A stretch of DNA of 64,000 nucleotides from Glaucostegus cemiculus (Eukaryota). A model generated the notes under the pieces. That model was not told where the DNA came from and searched no databases. It was given only the letters and a program-made list of their open reading frames with translations. The position numbers and the translations under genes were made by a program. Shown piece after piece: positions 52,171 to 64,000 of the stretch. The DNA lies in assembly GCA_976551045.1 (NCBI GenBank), contig CDPCPM010000061.1, positions 2,170,001 to 2,234,000 on the forward strand, read 5' to 3'. Positions within the stretch are counted from its first letter, which is position 1. Every line of letters begins with the position of its first letter.

Positions 52171-53624
52171 AAGTGTCACATGCCTTACAAGTTTTTGCGG
52201 GGTAAACCTTTCATGAAATCATGAATATGAACATCGAGTTAAGAGAGTCCTTCCAACATTAGTTATTAAGATCATTGGTAGAGCAGTGAATGGGTCCATG
52301 GTGCTTAACTGGTGAACTTAACAATACTGGCACTGATCTGAAGACTTAATCTAGTCCTCCTAATAATAAAAATGGTGAGAGTAACTTTTCAGATAATGAT
52401 GAATAAAAATTGCTTAAGAAATAAGATAATTAACAATCTGCTTACGTGCGTGACTAAACTGATTGAGACTCAACAGAAATTTAATCTTAGAATTAGAAGT
52501 TAATTAAAACAAAAAAAAAGGTTTAACACATAATAAAATAACACATAAAACCCCATCACCTGCAAATCCAAAAAAGAATTCTTCATCGTCCTGCAGACCA
52601 CTGGTCTAACCATTGATTTGTACTCTTACGCAATGTGGTACCGCATTTCAGAATTTTTGCAAAAGTGATAATTCAACTAAATATCAATTATAGTAATTCT
52701 CTCTAGGTACAAACTATCTGCTGTTAAAAATTGAAAAACAATTAAGACATACAAGGAACCAATGAACTGTACACCATGGGAGGACATTCCTCCTATCGTG
52801 TTCATGCTATTCCGATAAACTATTCTGAGCAATCCCACTTCCCACTTGTTCTTGTGCCATCTCCTGAAACAAGCTATGCTTCTTTTGTGCTTTGCCTGTT
52901 TAGACTTAAGAACATCGAATAATACCTTGTAATTATGGCAATAATAGTAAACTTAATTTTCAAAGCATTTGTTCAATTGGAATTTTAATAAATAGGACTA
53001 TTCTCTTCAGACTTTGGCTAACAGAAAAACTACAGATCTCATGGTAATTGTTTCATTTGACAGAACTGATAGTCCCACGGTAATGTTTGCACTTTCAGTG
53101 AGTACATTTAACAACAAAGGGTATATTTTTATACAGCCAAATAGAGAAGACAAAAAGAATGAAAAATTTCCAATCTTTCCTGATTGCCATACTTCCCAAG
53201 CCCATACACGAGGACTTCATCCATGTTCCATCTTTTCTGTGACTAGAATGTTAACAGTGCTAAAACTGCATTGTAACCAACATCTTGTGTGCTACTAGCA
53301 ATGAGCTCGCTGCTCATGTAACCACTGTTTTTACCAACTGAGAAAAATCCTATATGCACATTTATCTATTTTTATAATTTATAGACCTTTGTGTCTTTGC
53401 ACTGTACTGCTGCCACAAAACAACAGATTTCACGTCTTATGTCAGTGATTCAAATTCTGATTCCTGCTGCCTTTTGGGGACGGATGGGCACACATTCTCT
53501 TGTACCTTGTTCAGCCACACAGTATACAAATGTTGTAGTACAACAGGCATGAATCTGCTGTATTGCACTGCTCCAAATCAATACAGATCAGAATATGGCA
53601 CAGATAACCAAATAAAAAGAGCCT

Positions 53625-54090
53625 GGACACCAGACACCAGCCTCCCCTCCTTGGACTCTGTCTTTACCTCTCATTGTCTTGGTGTAGCAGCCGGCATAAT
53701 CAAAGAACCCACCCACCCGGGACATTCTCTTTTCTCTCCTCTTCCATCAGGTAGAAGATACAGGTGCCTGAAGCCATGTACCACCAGACTTAAGGACAGC
53801 TTCTACCCCACTGTGCTAAGACTATTGAATGGCTTCCTCATACAATGAGATGGACTATGACCTCACAATCTACCTTGTTGTGACCTTGCACCTTATTGCA
53901 CTGCACTTTCTCTGTAGCTGTGACACTTTACTCTGTACTGTTACATAGTTTTTACCTGTACTACATCAATGCACTTTGTACTAACTCAGTGTAACTGCAC
54001 TGTGTAATGAATTGACCTGTACGATCGGTTTGTAAGACAAGTTTTTCACTGTACCTCAGTACAAGTGACAATAATAAACCAATACTAATG
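53625..54090 (+). mobile_element. Rex1/Babar-like subfamily A 3' fragment, young
   Basis: TSLPSLDSVFTSHCLGVAAGIIKEPTHPGHSLFSPLPSGRRYR..; near-identical to 2180-2622. Confidence 0.88.
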
Positions 54091-54224
54091 TTGCTCTATA
54101 TTCTTAACACTGATCATCATGCTTGGCTGTCTAATGTGATTTCCAGCTCAGACACACGTAACTGATGTAATTTCTTGTGCAACACTTGCTTTGAATGCTG
54201 CTGGAGACATTAGCCCCTGTTGCT

Positions 54225-54465
54225 CCAAAGGAGCAACCATCACCACCTCCAGCTTTCCTTCCAAGTTGTGTACGATCCAGATTTGGGAACGTACAAGCAT
54301 CCCCTTGCCATCTATTGTTGGGTCTAAACCCTGCAACTGCCTATCTACAACACTGTACCTTTACAGCAACCGCAGTGGTTCAAGGTGGTGCTGACTGCCA
54401 CCTTCTCAAGGGTAATTAGGAATCAATAATAAATGACAGTTCTGCAGCAGTGACCACACCCCAAA
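54225..54465 (+). mobile_element. CR1-group LINE (family C) 3' end
   Basis: gcagtggttcaaggtggtgctgactgccaccttctcaagggtaattagg..aataaatg. Confidence 0.65.
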
Positions 54466-57400
54466 AGACTGGATAAGTGAAAACAACTGTACCCTAGCTG
54501 CCTGGTGCAAACCTGGAGTTAACTTATTTCTTGGTTCTTCAATTCCCTCAAGAAAGCACCAGTCTAATAAGGAATATAGGTGAAGATATTAGACAAAGCT
54601 TTCAGACTGCTGGTGTATGGCATGATCAAAATAATGCAACAGTTATAAATATTTATTAAACTAATTTCTATATGAATAACTACAAGAACCTCTTGCAACA
54701 GATGAGTCACCAACCTCATGTGGATTAAAACAAAGTTATGATAAGCAAGTTAACTGAAGGATTTTCTAATCTCAAGTTGTATCAGGGCAAGAAATGTTAT
54801 CACCAGTCTCATAATCAAGTTATAAAACCTTTTTGAAATACATAGGCCATCTAAAAACCTTGGCTCTTTCTTAAACTTTAAAAAAACACTTCAATATGCG
54901 GTACAGGCTCAGTTTACCATACAAATAGTACTGAAATGTTATGAGATAAAGTTATTGCTTCGTTCCTGAAAGCTTGTTGATCTACCTTCAGTGAAATGAA
55001 AGGGCAGACACAATTTCATGCAATGTTAGTTTCAAACCACTGGTTCATTAACGATATTAATTCTTTGATAAGTACACATTTTAACATGACACATTAGAGT
55101 TATATCTCTGAACAGAGTTTGGCAATTATTAATATCTGACAGAATCAGACCTTAAGTGAATCAATTAAACTACAGCATTCACAATTTTAACAGCGATAAC
55201 TGCTTCAGACTACAATTTTCACACGACAAAGGCGACCATTCAGCTCTTTTGAAACTTGACAGGTCAAAAAAAATACTGTGAAACAAAAAGCACCTTATAA
55301 CCGTCATTTCTCCTCTTTACTTGTCAGATTTACTTTACTAGTGTCTCCGCTGAAATGTACTCGTCGTGCCAACTGCCACAAGGTGATTTTTCATGTCTCG
55401 TCAAAAAAATCTTCTATTTGTTCCATATTAACATGTCACATTTGGTGATCAGGCCCTTTCTACAGACAAGATGGGCACAGTGTTTATGATGGGGAGGCTT
55501 TTATGTCCTGATGATGACGAAGGTCAAAATCTGTAAAGTCAGTGTCTGCAATGTATTAAATAAATTCACATCCGAAGCACCCATAATTGACTTTGCTACT
55601 AAGTAAAATGCTGCAAAATAAAAATTACAAATTTTCAAAAAACTCAAGTGATCTTTTCTGTATATTTAAGTTCCAAATCTGTTTGACTCCTGCCGCTCAT
55701 TAGCAGCCAATAAATTCTGATACTTTTGCACGTGTGAAAATGCCTGAAAATGATTTTTCAAACCATTGAAACATTTCAGCAAAACGATTATGGGGTACAT
55801 TTGAAATTCGACAAACGACATAACCACGCATGCAATTCAGCCTCATTTCACAACAGACAGTTTTGTCAAGCCTAAATATTTTGCAACACATCTCAAAGCT
55901 CGAAAACCTTGGCTGGAGTAATCCCGAGTCAGATCAAAACCTCAGAAGAAAATCTAAAACATGCAGACCAATTGCAGTGAAATATTAAGTGAAAATGCAT
56001 TCTGTGGACACATTTAAAACAAAACATGGAATGAAATTACACAAGTTAAATATAAAACCGAACAGGTAATTGAAGTAACGTACCATATCAAAATACACGT
56101 ACAAAGTTAAAAGCTGTAGCAAGCTCTGGTTTAAATTAGAATAAAACGTAAGTTGATGAAGTGGGAAATTATACAAAATGCTGTTTTTATGATGGTTCTG
56201 AAAGGCAACCCACAGAAGTACTGTGCATGCAAGAAATAATAGACTGCTGGAAAACTGAAAGAGAAACAGAAACTTCTAGAAGTGCTCGGAAGGTCAAGTA
56301 ACATCAGTGGAGAGAAACAGAGTTAATGTTTCAGGTCAATGAACTTTTATTCCAGGCGCTGAGGAAAGTCAGTCTCAGGGGGTGTGTGCTTCATTTAAAT
56401 ACGTTGATAAAGCACCTGTCCAGATTTTATTCCTCGCTTTCATGTTGGGCCTTGAAAGATCCAGCAGCCTAATGCAAGCAAGAACTATCTAGTGGAAAAG
56501 TGAGTACCTTTTCAACACTATTTGTGGGAAAAGCTTTCACCCTCTCCTGAAATCATGGAGAGGGCCCACAATGAAGTCTCTGATACCATCCCGAACCGTT
56601 ACATCACTCCCCTACATCTCCCTCCCAATTACGTCACATCCAAGCCTTTGAACCATGTTGTACCAAACCCTCCTCAGAATTATCTACACAGAAGAAAAGG
56701 AAATCTAACACATTGTAGGTTCCGATCTCTGGAAGCGAGCTCCCCTCTTCTCCTTTCATTCCAAAACTGAACCGAGCCTCTTCACAGACTGGCTGGTGAA
56801 TCCCCCTCTATAATCCTCACCTAGTAAATATTGAAATCTTCATTTCTTGTCTACTTCCATCTTTTAACTGCTGAACAATTGTTAATTACTCCACTTGACA
56901 CTGACAATCCAAAAGCAAAACATGATATTTACTGGAAGCCTGAAATAAAACTAAGAATCCTAATAGTAATAGGTCTGTGATGAGAGAAACAGTGAACTCT
57001 TCAGCTCAATGTCTTGAAAGAGTGAGCAGCATGTTTGCCATGATGAACTACCACCAGCGGGAAGATCCAGTCTTTCAAGTTTTAATTACTGAAGATTTTT
57101 AAAATATAAAATTAAAATTAATCTCCCCTCCTGTCTTTTCTCTCTCTCAATCCAAACATTCTTGAATTAACCCAGTCAATACTTCCTTCACAGTCTCTAT
57201 CCTGTGAATTTCATCCTTGGTGCAAATATACAATTACTTGCCAAATTGAGGCCTCTCGTGTGCTCTTTGCTCTGCCACAGAGGGCAATCAGAAAATTGCT
57301 GCACACAATATTAAACCTAATCATATAAAACGCAGTTAAGAACTGATGCAGTTATGTCTTGCTTCTGTGCATTGCAGTCCAGAAAAAGTTACATACACTG

Positions 57401-57516
57401 TTTAAAGGACATAACTATATTCTAGAAACCTAAACACACTATTTTTTTAAGAATCTCACAGGTGAACTAAACACTAAAACGTTTTACTTAGAGCTTACAT
57501 CACTTGAGAAAAGTAT

Positions 57517-57574
57517 TATTTAGCTGATAAAACTATATATTTAGCTGATAAAAGAATATATTTAGCTGATAAAA
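57517..57574. repeat. 21-bp period minisatellite (about 2.8 copies)
   Basis: tatttagctgataaaa at 57517, 57538 and 57559. Confidence 0.9.
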
Positions 57575-60500
57575 ATCCATTATTCTTATGATATTAAGGC
57601 CATAAAATTTAATTTAACAATAACTAGTATCTGAATACAATGTATTTTTGATATGTGTAATACTGTATCTATACATCTCTTAAAATTTTAATAATCATTT
57701 AAGATCTTTACATTCACAGTTTCTCTTCAGTCAACAATGTTACTGTAATTACTCATTTCAGCCCTTGTTTTCAAGTCATCTCAAATTTAGAAACTTAATG
57801 CACAAGTTACTTCAAAGGAAGTTTTGCAATCATCTTTTCACTAAATGAAGGAGCCATGCAATACTGAACCACATCCCCAAGGTTCAAATAAAAATTGCAG
57901 TAAATGAAGAAGCACTGATTAGACAGTCAAGCTAAATTTGAAAAACTTTATCAACAACCATTTCTCCAGAGGATAAGGAAATTACCTGCAGTTACTTTAA
58001 TTTAGAAAATGCAAAGAACATATAAATGTTATGTATTACTCTGTAACACTGGAGAATTATTTTGCTGAAATCTATTAGTTAAGTTTTTTGTGTGGTTAGA
58101 GCTTTTAGAATTGCATATGTATAGAAATTTAATTCAGTGTTTGGTTTGCACATTTAATGACTTTGTTAGCCTGTATTATCATAATTGTTAGTGGCTCTCC
58201 ATACTCTCGTGTTCCTCTACCTTTTACACTTTCTAGAAAATAGATGGCCTCTTATTCTTTTCAAAATGCAATAATGTCCCACATTGAAATTAATATAATT
58301 TATGTACCCATCCTAAAAGTTTCAAAACATCTTCCTTTATTTTGGTATTACATTGTCAAAATTACATCAAATGGAGGTCATAGTTATTAATATTAAATGT
58401 TGTTTTGACATTGTAATACCAGTTACCATGAACAAATTAATTATGCAACAACTCCAACCCCAGCATCAATTCCTATCTTCCGCCAGTCAGAGCGTTCTCC
58501 ACTGTTCAACCAACAGCTTATCTTTCTGGGCTTGCACGCTTTCATACATTTTGCCCTTAATCAGGAGTCAACTATGCAAAATATCTACTGCTTGTCCTTA
58601 TCTACTGATACATCTTCAAATAGTGCAATGCTTTCAAGCACAATCTTTCCTTCAGAAATGTGTGCTGGCTTTTCTTTTTTTTTAAGTTCCTAGATGACTT
58701 TCCTTGACTTAAGATTTCCTGCCACAAACATCAATCCATCTGGTCTTCAGTTCCGAGGATTTCAAGATGTATAACTTGAATGTTCAAGCAGAAATAGAGC
58801 ACGCTGATCCCTGAGGTACTGGGTGCTTTTCCACATGGAGTTGCATGCAGAGGGAGCATCCAGCCTTTGGGGCAAGTTCTAACACTGGTGATGATTTATA
58901 AAAGGAACAATCTTAAAAGGAAGCAGAACATTTATGCCACCTAAAATATGTATTTGTTGTGATCTTACCTCATGATTTCAGAATTTAAAAAGATGCACAC
59001 TGTTAAAATGCACAATAAGAGAATTAAATCTGAAATCGAACATGGATTAGTAAAATAAGGGAAGTATTTATCATACAGAGGGAATAAATAATTACCAAGA
59101 CAGCCAGATGAATCAAAGAATGTTATAAATTTCCAAAAGCTTTCTGGATAAAATTTTGATTGGGCTTTGACGGAAACATGGTGAAATATTGCATAGGTTT
59201 TGTCAATGGGGACAGTCTGTAAAAACAAGAAGTACCATTTCTAGTTCTGTATAATTTTATATCTCCAAAAACATTGGTATTTTAATTGATAGAACACCAT
59301 CTGTGTGAAAGCACTGGTGAGTGTCCATTTAACCCAACTTTTGATGGCAATTAGAGGAGAAGTTCACCAGGAGAGAATGATTCCTCCAACCTTTTACTAT
59401 AACCTAAGCTAATACTTAAGCAGGGAGGTCATCCTATCTGGTCAAGCAGCAAGATGACCAGAGATTACTTGTTGGCAAACTATGCCTTGTACCTAACCAA
59501 AACTGCACAGCATTTTCACAAACTCATCAAGACGGGATTATTGACAAGTTTCAAATGAGTAAATGTGTATGTCACTTTTTGAAAATAAATCTGTATTCCA
59601 TATCATGGAAATAGAAACTAAGCTTAATTAAATCTTTCAGTTGAGTTTGTATGGTTCAGAACTAATCATGGTGAATCTCTTAGAAGTTAATACTCCTGAC
59701 TAATCAAAACAATAACTATTACGAAGTAGGTGTTATTGTACAAATCACCTAAAAATCTGAAGATCTGCTGATATTTAATGCTTGCAGTTTCTGAGACATC
59801 TTCGAAGCTTCACACCAAATTCAGTGAGGTGAGTCTGTTGTGTTGCAGTGCATTGCAGTGTTGCTTGCATGAAATTTGCGTATCACTGAATTTTCTTCAA
59901 TAACATTGGTTTCCATGGTACAACGGTTGACGAATTCTAAACTGATTTTTCCATGGTGTCGTGGAAACCTTCAAAAACCATTAGCTAAAAACGTAAACAA
60001 ATAAGACAGCATCACGTGACACTTTATCATCATGTACTTTTTCTTGCCAGTATGGCTCAGGGGATTTTACTGCTGCAATAATTTTGAAAAATATAATCCA
60101 TACTATTTATAATATCGTAATAAGGCTTATTGAACTGCATAACACTGTTGTCAAAGTATATGGTACAAGTACCATATGATTAGACAAATATGTACTTTAT
60201 TTCTCTGTGGTAAAAGAGTTCATTTTTAGTTTGCAAACATCGTTATCAAATCTGCATGAATCACGCAATGTTGCTACATACCACTGACAAGCTTGTATGT
60301 TTTTTCTCCAATTTATTTTCCACATTAAACCAGTTCTGGAAAGAGAATGATCTATGTCTTTCAACTATGAAATAGGTTGTGTCTCATCAATGACAACGAG
60401 TTTCCTTTACACTTTCTCTTCTGTTCTAAGCACTTAATACACATAGACTATGGACAGAAGAGTTCAAACAAGTCATCCCTATGATTGAAAGGAGACCTGG

Positions 60501-60669
60501 AACATCATCACATGGATGCTACTTTTATGGGAACAGCAGCTGTTGGAATGAGCTACCAAATTATTATAAAACATAGCATATGATCCAAGAAATTAATGTC
60601 ACTTAAATTAACAATCACAGATTTCTGTCACACCTGACTTCCAAGTTAAAACAGTGACTAAAATCCTTC

Positions 60670-61284
60670 TACAGGGGGACCATTGAGAGCATCCTAACTC
60701 AATGTATCTCTGTTTGGTTTGGAAGCTGCTCAGCTGCTGGGCGGAAGTCCCTTCAGAAGATAGTTAAGGCTGCGGAGTGGATCATAGGTGTCTCGCTTCC
60801 ATCCCTCGCAGACATATACAAAGACCGTTGTGTGAGGAAGACCAAAAGCATAATGGCGGACCCCTCTCACCCCTCCCACCACCTCTTCACAATTTTGCCA
60901 TCAGGGAGGAGGCTTAAATGTATCAGGGCAAGAACGTCCAGGCTGAACAATAGCTTCTTTCCGCAAGCCATAAGAACTGCAAACTCTCTCATCCCTCCAT
61001 CTTCCTTTGTCAACACTAGGAGATGCTAGGTGCACAGAAATGCACCAGCACTTTAAATGCCCGACACCAGCCCGTTCACTTTAAGATCTATTTATGTAAG
61101 AACTAATGGTAATGTTTTTGTACTGTGTATTCTGCCAAGTGTGTATGTGTCTCTCTGTTGGTTGTTATGTTATTCTTTTTTTTATGAGACGTGTTCCTGT
61201 GGAGGACGGTATCTCGCTCCTATGCGTACCATGTATGTATATGGTTGTGACAATAAAACTGATTCTGATTCTGATTCTGATTCT
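60670..61284 (+). mobile_element. Rex1/Babar-like 3' fragment (subfamily D)
   Basis: FYRGTIESILTQCISVWFGSC..DPSHPSHHLFTILPSGRRLKCIRARTSRLNNSFFP; tail (GATTCT)4. Confidence 0.88.
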
Positions 61285-62243
61285 GGATGCTGGTTTACCA
61301 ATTATCACGTCATAGGCTGGAAAGCTCTTTGCGCATTGTCATGTCAAAAAAAAAAAAATCAACATTGGGGACAGTAAGTTTTTCAAGATAAAAATACTCA
61401 TGGATTTCAAAGACCTCAATTGAATTAACGCTGGTAAATTTGATACAATCTCATTCACTGGATGAGCAGAAATAGCCTATCAACAGCCTAATTAATGATG
61501 ACCCAGATACTTCAGAATTGAATTTATGAACTTTCCACACGAACAAACTTCAACAATCAGCTCAACAATCGCAAGGGAGAATGTTGCCCATTTGGTGCAC
61601 ACTTCAAACTCTTCCTCATCCCCAGAAATACACAAACCTGGATTCTCAGTCTTCCCTGGACGACTTCCAGTGATCCTTTGGTAATGGTGGCTGGGCTTCT
61701 TTCTGTCCAGTGCGAGTGGGTGACGTATGTGCAGCGTGAGCTCCATGCATTTGGAAATCAAAATGCATTGGCATTCTATATTAGACATTGGAGGCCAACT
61801 TAAATATTTAAGAGATCCACTCCTCAATTTCAAGGACACCTCTAAGTTGTAACAAGCTTGAAGACAACAGGAAGTCTGCCGTATTTATTCCAATTTATTC
61901 CTTGCTTTAATATATTTTGGCAGGAAGAGTGAGAAGTCAGAATACCTTCCATGGTGTGTTCCAGTTAAAAGTGCAATTTAATCAAGTATTATGGTTTATA
62001 AACAAACATATTCACATAATATGTATAGAATATGGAAAGATGTCCATTATTTGTTACACTACAAGGAAATCTTCCAAACCTACACCATGCATCATACATT
62101 CAATAGCTTTACATGTTGCAAATTTGTGGATCATATGAAGAAACACCATTCGATAAGTAAGATGGTCACTGGAATTTAAGTGCTGTTACTTATACCCTTG
62201 GAGATGTAGTGCAGTGATATGCTGCTTGTGGATAGTACCTTAC

Positions 62244-62344
62244 CTTAGTAGATTGAAACTAAGATCTAAACGCTTTGCGAAATGTCCATATTTCTTCCCA
62301 AGTAGCTCAGGAATACCCTCACAGTCTTGACCGATGTAGGAAAC
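62244..62344 (-). CDS. LRMDA: Internal coding exon (exon 2 equivalent) of leucine-rich melanocyte differentiation-associated protein
   Basis: Minus strand reads ttttgttttctgcag|GTTTCCTACATC...AATCTACTAAG|gtaaggtac. It is 101 nt, phase 0 in and phase 2 out, and translates [33 protein letters not shown](R). This closely matches the human LRMDA segment as I recall it ([34 protein letters not shown]). It is absent from the ORF track because it is a short exon without ATG. Confidence 0.93.
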
Positions 62345-62644
62345 CTGCAGAAAACAAAATAGTTTTAAAATGTTAAATAAATTTGAAATAATCCGATTAT
62401 ATTAATCTTTAACATTGCTAATAAATCTAAAAGTATTTACAGGACAGTTAGAGAAATGTTTTATACAAAACCAAGCACATTTTTTGCCTTGAACTAAATA
62501 GAAACCCAATTGCAAAGTCTTCTACTATTAACAGTGGGTTTTATGCAAATATCATTAATAAATGAGTTACAATACCTTGACTTTTTCCTCCCTGCAAATG
62601 CTGCCTGAATTGAAAAGTTACAACATTTTCTGTTAATGCTACAT

Positions 62645-63020
62645 CATAGAACGGTAGAACATAAAACGGTACAGCACAGAACAGGTCCTTCGGCCCACAA
62701 TGCTGTGCTGACATAGCTAGTCCCCGCTACCTACAGAATGCCCAGATCTCCTCTATTTTCCCCCTCATTCATCCAAGCCCCTCTTAAAAGTCCCCGATGA
62801 GGTTTCCTCCACCGCCCTATCATTCCAGGCATCCACCACTCTCTCAGTAAAACCCTCGTGTCTGTTCTGAACCTTACCCCCTCTCACCTTAAGTGCATGC
62901 TCTCTGGTATTGGATCGCTGAATGATGGGAAAAAGAAATTGCTTGTCCACTCTATCTATGCCCCTCAGCTTTATACACCTCCAACAGATCACCCCTCAGC
63001 CTCCGCCACGCCAGAGAGGA
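62645..63020 (-). mobile_element. CR1 3' fragment
   Basis: LRGIDRVDKQFLFP..TREHALKVRG..ERVVDAWN; tail catagaacggtagaac. Confidence 0.8.
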
Positions 63021-63225
63021 GGGAGAGCTTAAGTAGCCTGCCGAGGGAGGTTGATTTAAGCATTCCTTCTGGCAGCTTTTAAAGGTTTTTATCCATATGA
63101 TTTGGGTCATCAATTACACAACCCTGCTTAGGGGTTCTCCACAGTTTGAGAGAAACTCAAGCCATCCAGATGAGAGCAAGAAAATGTGCACATCAAACAG
63201 AACTTTCAATTGAATTAATGATCTA

Positions 63226-63388
63226 CTTGGTATTGGTTTATTACTGTCACTTGTACCGAGGTACAGTGAAAAACTTGTCTTGCAAACCGATCATACAGAT
63301 CAATTCATTACATAGTACAGTTACAGAGTTCATACAGAGTGCACAGGTAAAAACAATAACAGTAGAGTAAAGTGTCACAGCTACAGAA
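63226..63388 (-). mobile_element. Rex1/Babar-like subfamily A 3' tail
   Basis: ggtattggtttattactgtcacttgtaccgaggtacagtgaaaaacttgtc is the reverse complement of about 54030-54085. Confidence 0.8.
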
Positions 63389-64000
63389 CAGAGCTTAAAG
63401 CCAAGGGATGTAATTTTAGGGTCCAAGTTTCCTGGAGATTAAAGATGGTACAGCTTTCAAATTCTCTTCCCAAATCCCTTCAGGTCTTCCTTGTTCATTA
63501 ATCTCTAGTTCATCCCAACAACCCTCATCCACAGCATCACACCGCACCACCCACTATCAGCCAACTCCCTGCTTCTCTGTCTTTGGCCTTTATTGGATTT
63601 TTCCTTTCATAATTCAACAGTTGATGGTCATCTTTTCAGTTTCCAACCTCCTGCGTTTCCATCCCTACACTCCCCCCATCATCTGTTTCCCTCATTTAGG
63701 TATTCTTAAAAAAAACAGTCTCTTTTTCTTGGCTCAATTATTCTCTTAAAGCTCTACAATGCAGTTCGGTATGTTTATGTTTTCATTAAGGCACTATATA
63801 AATGTTCCTGTTTCCTGAAACTTATCAAAGGCAAACAAAAATGATCAAATTGCTAAGAAATTGTTCTCACTTTTGGTTAACTGTTACACAGTTAGCTTGA
63901 TCTCACCAAACCTACATTTAGAATCCAAGAAAGCAGCAGAAATATATAGTTCACCAAAATCATTGCTTTGCTTCCCCATTCCTTTGAAACTTTCCCAACA

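Larger units (their letters stand above)
1..62243 (-). other. LRMDA: 5' part of the large LRMDA intron following this exon
   Basis: GTAAGG donor at 62243. I found no intact next exon (expected SLEGL..LEELILDNN-like) in the window. The orthologous mammalian intron is hundreds of kb long. Confidence 0.8.

Noticed and set aside
52446-52559. Minus-strand acceptor (ttttttggatttgcag|GTGATG) with a downstream gtaagc donor as an exon or recursive splice site
   Set aside because: The body is T-rich, low complexity and stop-containing, and AG|GTGATG is a poor regenerated donor; an expected chance pseudo-exon
55504-55532. CTGATGA-TGAC-GAAG-GTCA hairpin resembling a hammerhead core
   Set aside because: The required GAAA after stem II is absent (AAAT), there is no stem I or III, and it is not in Penelope context
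57270-57290. CTCF-like site (gccacagagggca)
   Set aside because: It mismatches the 5' half of the CTCF core; too weak to call without data
61492-61839. 115-aa minus-strand ORF just downstream of the LRMDA exon as an alternative exon
   Set aside because: No LRR or LRMDA similarity, a non-ATG start, and no convincing flanking splice sites
62345-64000. LRMDA first coding exon or promoter
   Set aside because: No ATG-containing short exon with a donor and no CpG island seen; the region is mostly CR1 and Rex1 remnants

Overview
This is vertebrate genomic DNA, AT-rich and CpG-poor. Its repeat families point to a cartilaginous fish, possibly a ray (inferred, not verified). The only convincing host coding sequence is a 101-bp minus-strand exon at 62244-62344 ([33 protein letters not shown][R]) with canonical splice sites, which I recognise as the second coding exon of LRMDA (C10orf11/OCA7). 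Positions 1-62243 appear to be the start of the very large following intron, which in other jawed vertebrates lies in the ZNF503 regulatory landscape. The intron alternates between two kinds of sequence. One is nested, truncated retroelements (CR1, Rex1/Babar-like, a second CR1-group LINE, L2, RTE, V-SINEs, DeuSINE-like, Penelope-derived). The other is repeat-poor islands rich in homeodomain, TALE and E-box motifs, which are candidate conserved enhancers. Nearly all ORFs in the supplied track are retroelement remnants or chance ORFs. The most notable observations are a dense Pbx/Meis motif cluster near 48.85 kb, decayed hammerhead-ribozyme cores in Penelope-derived fragments, V-SINEs with swapped LINE tails, a multi-level TE nest, a fold-back inversion in a Rex1-like copy, and two candidate poison exons. 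I see no evidence of a new protein-coding system. Repeat boundaries are approximate and family names come from motif recognition, not database searches.
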